A stretch of DNA of 32,000 nucleotides from Pirellula staleyi DSM 6068 (GTDB lineage Bacteria > Planctomycetota > Planctomycetia > Pirellulales > Pirellulaceae), in contig CP001848.1 of the NCBI GenBank assembly GCA_000025185.1, forward strand, positions 1,620,001 to 1,652,000. The letters run 5' to 3'. Position numbers and translations under genes: made by a program. The notes under the pieces are model-generated. The model did not search any database. It was not told where the DNA came from and saw only the letters and a list, made by a program, of their open reading frames with translations. This document shows, one piece after another, positions 25,396-32,000 of the stretch. Within the stretch, counting starts at the first letter, position 1; every line of letters begins with the position of its first letter.

Positions 25396-27080
25396 CATCA
25401 GCCGACTCATCGCTCACTCCCGATAACAGTCCTCCACCCGCTGCTACGGTTGCCGCCACTGTCGCCACCGCGATTGCGGCTGAAATCGCACCGAGCGAAG
25501 GGGCACCCACGTTTTGGGATAAGTTCGAAGCGCGACTCGACCTTTGGGGAGATCATCTCAATCCCATTCTTGTGAAGGAAGCACGCCAGGCGATGAAGAG
25601 TCGCCAGTTCATCGTCACCTTCTCGCTGCTGCTGATCTTCGGCTGGATCTGGACCATCCTGTTCGTCTCGTTTGGCGTTCCCTTCATCTTCTACAACCCG
25701 GCCGGTCCGGCGATGCTGATCGGATATTACCTGCTCCTGACAATTCCGCTGCTGATCGTCGTCCCCTATGCGGCGTTTCGCTCGCTGGCTGCCGAGCAGG
25801 AAGATGGAACCTACGAACTCTTGTCGATCACCACGCTGACGGCGCGGCAGATCGTGCTCGGCAAGCTGGGTAGCGCGCTACTGCAGATGATGGTCTATTA
25901 CTCGGCCTTGGCCCCCTGCATTGCTTTCACTTATTTGCTACGCGGCATCGACGTGCTGACGATCGGCATGCATCTGTTCTACACGTTCCTTGCCTCGCTC
26001 CTCTTGTCGGTGATTGGTCTGCTGCTGGCCACCATCACGCGCTCGCGGATGTGGCAAGTGCTGCTGAGTGTCGTGCTGGTGATGGCACTGCTGGTCATCA
26101 CGTTGGTCTGGAATATCGCGCTCCTATCGGCGCTTGGGGAGAGCGATTTTGTGCGGGTCTACGACCAACCTGAGTTTTGGATTTCGCTCGTCGCCGGGCT
26201 GATGTTCTACACGGCGTTCATCGTCCTGTTTTTGTTCATTGCAGCGGGGCAAATTACGTTTGCCAGCGAGAACCGCAGCACGCGGGTCCGCTGGGTATTG
26301 CTCGTTATTCAGATGCTCTGGATCGCCTGGTCGATCACCCTTTTTCTCTATGTCGACGAAGAGGAAGCACTGGTAGCCAGCGGCATCTTCGCTGGTTTGT
26401 TTTGGAGTTTCGCCGGGGCCATTTTATCGAGCGAAACAGCGGAGCTTTCTCCTCGAGCGCGGCGCGAATTGCCACAGAGCCTCGTGGGCCGTTTGTTCCT
26501 CACGTGGATGAATCCTGGTAGTGGGACCGGCTACATCATGACCAGCCTCGCGATCGCCAGTTACACCTTCACCATGGTCGCGGTCGGTCTGGTGCATGAC
26601 TCGATCATGTTCACTTCGTCGGGAACCGAATGGTGGAGCTTTCAGATTTGCATGGCGAGCTACGTCATCGGCTACTTGGGGGTAACGCGGCTGTTCGTCG
26701 CTTTCCTGCGCCGCTTCACACGCATTCCGATCTTGCCAGCCTTTTTGCTGCAAGTGGTGGGGCCGATCTTTGGCATTCTGATTCCCCTGATGCTGCAGGC
26801 GATGCTCACCTACACCACCAATCAGCAGTTCGACTACTCGATGCTGCAAATCACCAACTGGATGTGGACCTTGGTGGAAGTGGCCGATGGTGGCGCGTGG
26901 GGGATCAGTAACGTTGTCGTGACGCTCGCGTCGGTCGCCTCGGTCATCTTCCTGGCGAACTTGATACAGGCGTCGGGAGAAGTGCAGGTGGTCCGACTCG
27001 TCGCCCCAGAGCGCGTGCTGAGCGATGATGCGGCGCTGCTCCCCGCACCCAAAAAACCGAAGAGCCCGTGGGATGAATAG
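25392..27080 (+). CDS. Polytopic membrane protein, ABC-2-type permease-like N-terminal half with an additional multi-TM C-terminal half (562 aa)
   Basis: ATG 25392 overlaps the ATPase stop as ATGA. After a Pro/Ala-rich N-terminus comes NPILVKEARQAMKSRQFIVTF, the typical entry motif of ABC-2 family permeases as I recall it. About 12 hydrophobic helices follow. Confidence 0.8.
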   Translation: MTSADSSLTPDNSPPPAATVAATVATAIAAEIAPSEGAPTFWDKFEARLDLWGDHLNPILVKEARQAMKSRQFIVTFSLLLIFGWIWTILFVSFGVPFIFYNPAGPAMLIGYYLLLTIPLLIVVPYAAFRSLAAEQEDGTYELLSITTLTARQIVLGKLGSALLQMMVYYSALAPCIAFTYLLRGIDVLTIGMHLFYTFLASLLLSVIGLLLATITRSRMWQVLLSVVLVMALLVITLVWNIALLSALGESDFVRVYDQPEFWISLVAGLMFYTAFIVLFLFIAAGQITFASENRSTRVRWVLLVIQMLWIAWSITLFLYVDEEEALVASGIFAGLFWSFAGAILSSETAELSPRARRELPQSLVGRLFLTWMNPGSGTGYIMTSLAIASYTFTMVAVGLVHDSIMFTSSGTEWWSFQICMASYVIGYLGVTRLFVAFLRRFTRIPILPAFLLQVVGPIFGILIPLMLQAMLTYTTNQQFDYSMLQITNWMWTLVEVADGGAWGISNVVVTLASVASVIFLANLIQASGEVQVVRLVAPERVLSDDAALLPAPKKPKSPWDE

Positions 27081-27085
27081 TGGAA

Positions 27086-27107
27086 GGCACGGGATGCTTG
27101 TCCCGTG
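27086..27107. terminator. 8-bp-stem hairpin between convergent genes; candidate bidirectional terminator
   Basis: GCACGGGA-TGCTTG-TCCCGTGC sits in the 36-bp gap between the permease stop (27080) and the esterase stop (27117). There is no clear U-tract. Confidence 0.45.
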
Positions 27108-27116
27108 CGCATCGCG

Positions 27117-27974
27117 TTACGGCCGCTTCGCGCTCTGCTCGATGAATTCCAGCAGCGCCTTGCGGCCCGGATCGTCGCTCTCACTCATCCGCGCCGCGAC
27201 GCTGCCGTGATCACGATCGTTCACCACCAGTCCCACGACCTGCGTATTTCCTGCGGCCTCGATCGTCGAGACAAAAAAGGCATTCTCTTCAGCCCGCGAC
27301 GCCATGTCGCGATCGGCGTAGATCACGAGCATCGGCGGAGTCGATTTCCGCGCGTGATAGATCGGTGCCGCTTCATCGGCGATGACGTTGAACTTGGTTA
27401 GTCCCCGTTCGATCCGAATCTGATAATGGGTCATCATTTGCCCACTGACGGGGATGATGCCCGCGATGCTGTCGCTCGCGATGGCGTGTCGCTTCTGCAC
27501 ACTCTCGCTCAGTCCGACAATCGCTGCGAGATAACCACCCGCAGAATGACCACCGAGGTAGATGCGGCTCGGATCGCCACCCTGCTCGGCGATATGCTCG
27601 AGGGTCCAATGGAGCGAGGCAGCAGCATCATCGATATAGGCCGGATAGGTCGCCTTCGGGCTGAGACGATAGTTCACCGCGACCACGGCGATACCTGCTT
27701 CGGCCCACGAGGTAGCGAGTTTCGTGGTGAATGCTTCGTCTTTCGAGCCCGCCGTTAGCCCGCCCCCATGAAACCAGACGAGCGTCGCGAAATTCTTCTC
27801 GCCGGTGGGCAAGTAGAGATCGAGTTTGCAGCGCTCGGTTTCGTACGACGAGAGCGCATCGCCTAATTTGTAGGGGAGATCTTTGACGATCTTCACCTCA
27901 GCCGCGGCTGTGGAGATCGCAAAGATCAGTAGTGCGATGCTGCAGCAGGACGACCGTAGTGCTTGGTGAAACAT
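27117..27974 (-). CDS. Secreted alpha/beta-hydrolase (HSL/esterase-lipase type)
   Basis: 285 aa with the signal peptide SSCCSIALLIFAISTAAA. The oxyanion motif is HGGG (VWFHGGGL), the nucleophile elbow is G-H-S-A-G-G, and there is a late D..DH. Confidence 0.85.
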   Translation of the reverse strand: MFHQALRSSCCSIALLIFAISTAAAEVKIVKDLPYKLGDALSSYETERCKLDLYLPTGEKNFATLVWFHGGGLTAGSKDEAFTTKLATSWAEAGIAVVAVNYRLSPKATYPAYIDDAAASLHWTLEHIAEQGGDPSRIYLGGHSAGGYLAAIVGLSESVQKRHAIASDSIAGIIPVSGQMMTHYQIRIERGLTKFNVIADEAAPIYHARKSTPPMLVIYADRDMASRAEENAFFVSTIEAAGNTQVVGLVVNDRDHGSVAARMSESDDPGRKALLEFIEQSAKRP

Positions 27975-28004
27975 GGCGTCGTCCCCAGGTTCTTGGTGTT
28001 GGGA

Positions 28005-28022
28005 GGCAGGCAGGAGCCTGCC
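28005..28022 (-). terminator. Hairpin just downstream of the acs stop
   Basis: GGCAGGC-AGGA-GCCTGCC sits 11 nt beyond the acs stop codon on the minus strand. No U-tract follows. Confidence 0.4.
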
Positions 28023-28032
28023 CTACGCTCTG

Positions 28033-29955
<1,923 letters not shown>

Positions 29956-30476
29956 CACGGTATCGATCTGTCCGCCGCTCATCAGTCGCATCACCTTCCG
30001 ATAACAGGGTCGAGGTTCGACGAGCGAGCCGCTCACCAAGGGTGGCATCGCCGACGATCATTGCCGAGCGTGCGCGGGCGAAAATGGCGACGTCGTCGCG
30101 CAAGTTCACACGCTCCTCCAGAGGGCTGACCCTGATGCATCGAAAAGATCGCGCGAGGTCGGACTTGCGACCAGCCTGTCACGTTGTGGAAAAAGGTGAC
30201 CTGCGACCGATCGACTGGGAGAGTGCGCACGGATCTTGCCGGAGGAAGCTGGCGCGAAATGGCTCGAAAGCCGTTACGCCGGAACATTCGCCGCAAGACA
30301 AGCTAAGCAGTTTAAGATTGCGTGCCCAGGGTGTCAAACAGCCGAGTGCCCGAGAGCCCGCCCTAAGCGGGGCCTCACTGGCCCGCCTCTCGCCCCTTCT
30401 TACGATGTGACATCAATGCCCCGCTGAAGACCAGCCGCGAGGGGCAAAAGTGATCTCGGCAAGCAGCTTGCTGTAG

Positions 30477-31949
30477 CTATTTGGCGGCACTTAAATGCTT
30501 AGCCAGTAGAGCTTTGAGTTCAGTAATCGTTTCGGCTTTCGACGGATCACTGGCCAGGTTGGTGTACTCCTGGGGATCGGTCTGGTGGTCGTAGAGCTCG
30601 AGACCCTTGGCCCCCTCCTCGCCCCAAATCGTCAGCCGATACTTGTCTGTCCGGAGGCTATAACCGGCAAAGCCGCCTGCTGGTGGGTTCTTTTTTCCCG
30701 CCTTAGCTCCTCCTGGATTTCCGCCACGACGGACCTGGGTGATCGCAAACCCTTTCCCGGGTGCCTGGGGGTCTTCGATCTGCGGGCGGAGGCTTTGACC
30801 GGGAAGATTCGCGGGAGCCTTGAGCCCACAGAGGTCGGCCAGTGTGGGATAGATGTCGATCAGCTCTGCCACGGCGGCTGTCCCCTCCCCGGCATGTTTT
30901 TGCCCGGGGACGGAGATGATCAGCGGGACGCGGGCCGACTCTTCGAACAGGCTTTGCTTTTGCCAAAGTCCGCCATGCTCGCCGAGGTGATAGCCGTGAT
31001 CGCTCAGGAAGACGACGATCGTGTTATCGCGCAGCTTGAGGCGATCGAGCGCGTCGAGCAGCTTGCCAACTTGCTGATCCATGAACGTGATCGACGCGAA
31101 ATAGGCCTGCGTCGCTTCGCGCTGCAATTTCTCGTTCATGTTGTGCCGCGCGCTATGCTGCGAAACAGCTGGCTCGGGTATATCGCGGCGATCTCCCTCG
31201 GGCGTAGTGACAATCGGAATTTTGTCGGCCGGATATTTTTCGAAGTAGCTCTTCGGGGCGACGTACGGGGTGTGGGGCCGGTAGAAGCCAACCGCGAGAA
31301 AGAACGGCTTCTCTTTGTTCGCTTCGAGCAGCTTGATCGCTTCGGCAGCGCCGATGGCGTCGGTTTGTTCGTCGTCGGTCCCTTCGGCGGCGAGCCACGA
31401 CGGTGTGCCACCAAATTGACCTGGCACGAGGCTGAAGATTTTTGGCTCATCGTCCCGATCGCGTCCGCGAGGGTTCACCACCTGCTGCCAACTCGGCTCA
31501 TCGTCGAGTCCACTGGTGCCGATCTGCAGCGGCACGCCGTAGTGATAGAGTTTGCCGACGCGCGCCACGTAGTAGCCCGCATTCATGAACATCTGTGGCA
31601 GCGTGACGATATCGGGGCGCTCGCTCCGAAACTTGCGAGCGTTGTCGTGCACCGTGGTTTGATCGGGCCGAAGTCCGGTGAGGAACGAACTGCGGCTGGG
31701 ATTACAGAGTGGGAACTGGCAGTACGCGCGGTCGAAGCGTGTGCCGCGCGCAGCCAGCTCGTCGATGCGCGGTGATTTCACCGTGGCATGGCCGTAACAG
31801 CCGAGTGAGTTGTTGAGATCGTCGGAAGCGATCAGCAGGACGTTGTAGGGCTTCTTTGTTTCCTCGCCCGCAGCTTGAGAGAAGAGTCCCAGCAGCAGAG
31901 CGACGATCGTGATCGAGCGCGCGAGGCGCCGAACCAGGTTGGTGAGCAT
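30477..31949 (-). CDS. Sulfatase (formylglycine-dependent; iduronate-2-sulfatase/arylsulfatase-like)
   Basis: 490 aa. A signal peptide is followed by YNVLLIASDDL, the active-site signature PLCNPSRSSFLTGL (C-x-P-S-R), then FF.AVGF.RPH.P and SDHG.H.GEHG. Confidence 0.9.
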   Translation of the reverse strand: MLTNLVRRLARSITIVALLLGLFSQAAGEETKKPYNVLLIASDDLNNSLGCYGHATVKSPRIDELAARGTRFDRAYCQFPLCNPSRSSFLTGLRPDQTTVHDNARKFRSERPDIVTLPQMFMNAGYYVARVGKLYHYGVPLQIGTSGLDDEPSWQQVVNPRGRDRDDEPKIFSLVPGQFGGTPSWLAAEGTDDEQTDAIGAAEAIKLLEANKEKPFFLAVGFYRPHTPYVAPKSYFEKYPADKIPIVTTPEGDRRDIPEPAVSQHSARHNMNEKLQREATQAYFASITFMDQQVGKLLDALDRLKLRDNTIVVFLSDHGYHLGEHGGLWQKQSLFEESARVPLIISVPGQKHAGEGTAAVAELIDIYPTLADLCGLKAPANLPGQSLRPQIEDPQAPGKGFAITQVRRGGNPGGAKAGKKNPPAGGFAGYSLRTDKYRLTIWGEEGAKGLELYDHQTDPQEYTNLASDPSKAETITELKALLAKHLSAAK

Positions 31950-32000
31950 GCAGAAAATCTCGTCGTGGGAGAGTGGGGCGAGGAAACGTAGCGCAGCCGT

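Noticed and set aside
30049-30476. Intergenic region of about 430-520 nt upstream of acs, examined for a riboswitch, sRNA or repeats
   Set aside because: It has only short 5-bp stems and an 8/9 direct repeat (CTTGCGACC / CCTGCGACC). Nothing there rises above what chance would give.

Overview
High-GC bacterial chromosomal window. Hand counts of sample 60-mers give about 60-65% GC in the core. Several sulfatase genes, an 'RFSIRNLLI'-type N-terminal membrane motif and GTCGGCTAC..GTAGCCGACCTACG palindromic repeats suggest Planctomycetota, which is an inference. Positions 2.6-32 kb are densely packed with mostly recognisable genes. In order: sthA, an orphan FlgI-like/HEAT-repeat lipoprotein, smc, a Upf1/IGHMBP2-like SF1 helicase, a class II photolyase fused to an FAD oxidoreductase domain, and a divergent 8-TM protein. 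Then thyA-folA-serine hydrolase, a DUF2721 protein, sufU-sufS, a translationally coupled 4-gene ABC-associated envelope operon, a secreted esterase, acs and a sulfatase. The left 2.2 kb is different: sampled 60-mers give 43-50% GC and it looks like a decayed foreign or mobile patch. It holds a partial IS5-family element (its transposase ORF is missing from the supplied track because it is open to the window edge) inserted into a P-loop NTPase gene. It also holds a chain of same-frame ORF pieces separated only by TAG codons, a tRNA 3'-end fragment, an AT-rich spacer with an inverted repeat, and a sulfatase gene cut off after codon 40. I found no CRISPR array, rRNA or intact tRNA, and no recognisable named defence system. 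The best candidates for something undescribed are the 21.7-27.1 kb ABC-associated operon built around a 795-aa protein with no family I can name, the FlgI-like/HEAT fusion, and the photolyase-oxidoreductase fusion. All homology calls come from reading the translations by eye; no searches were run.
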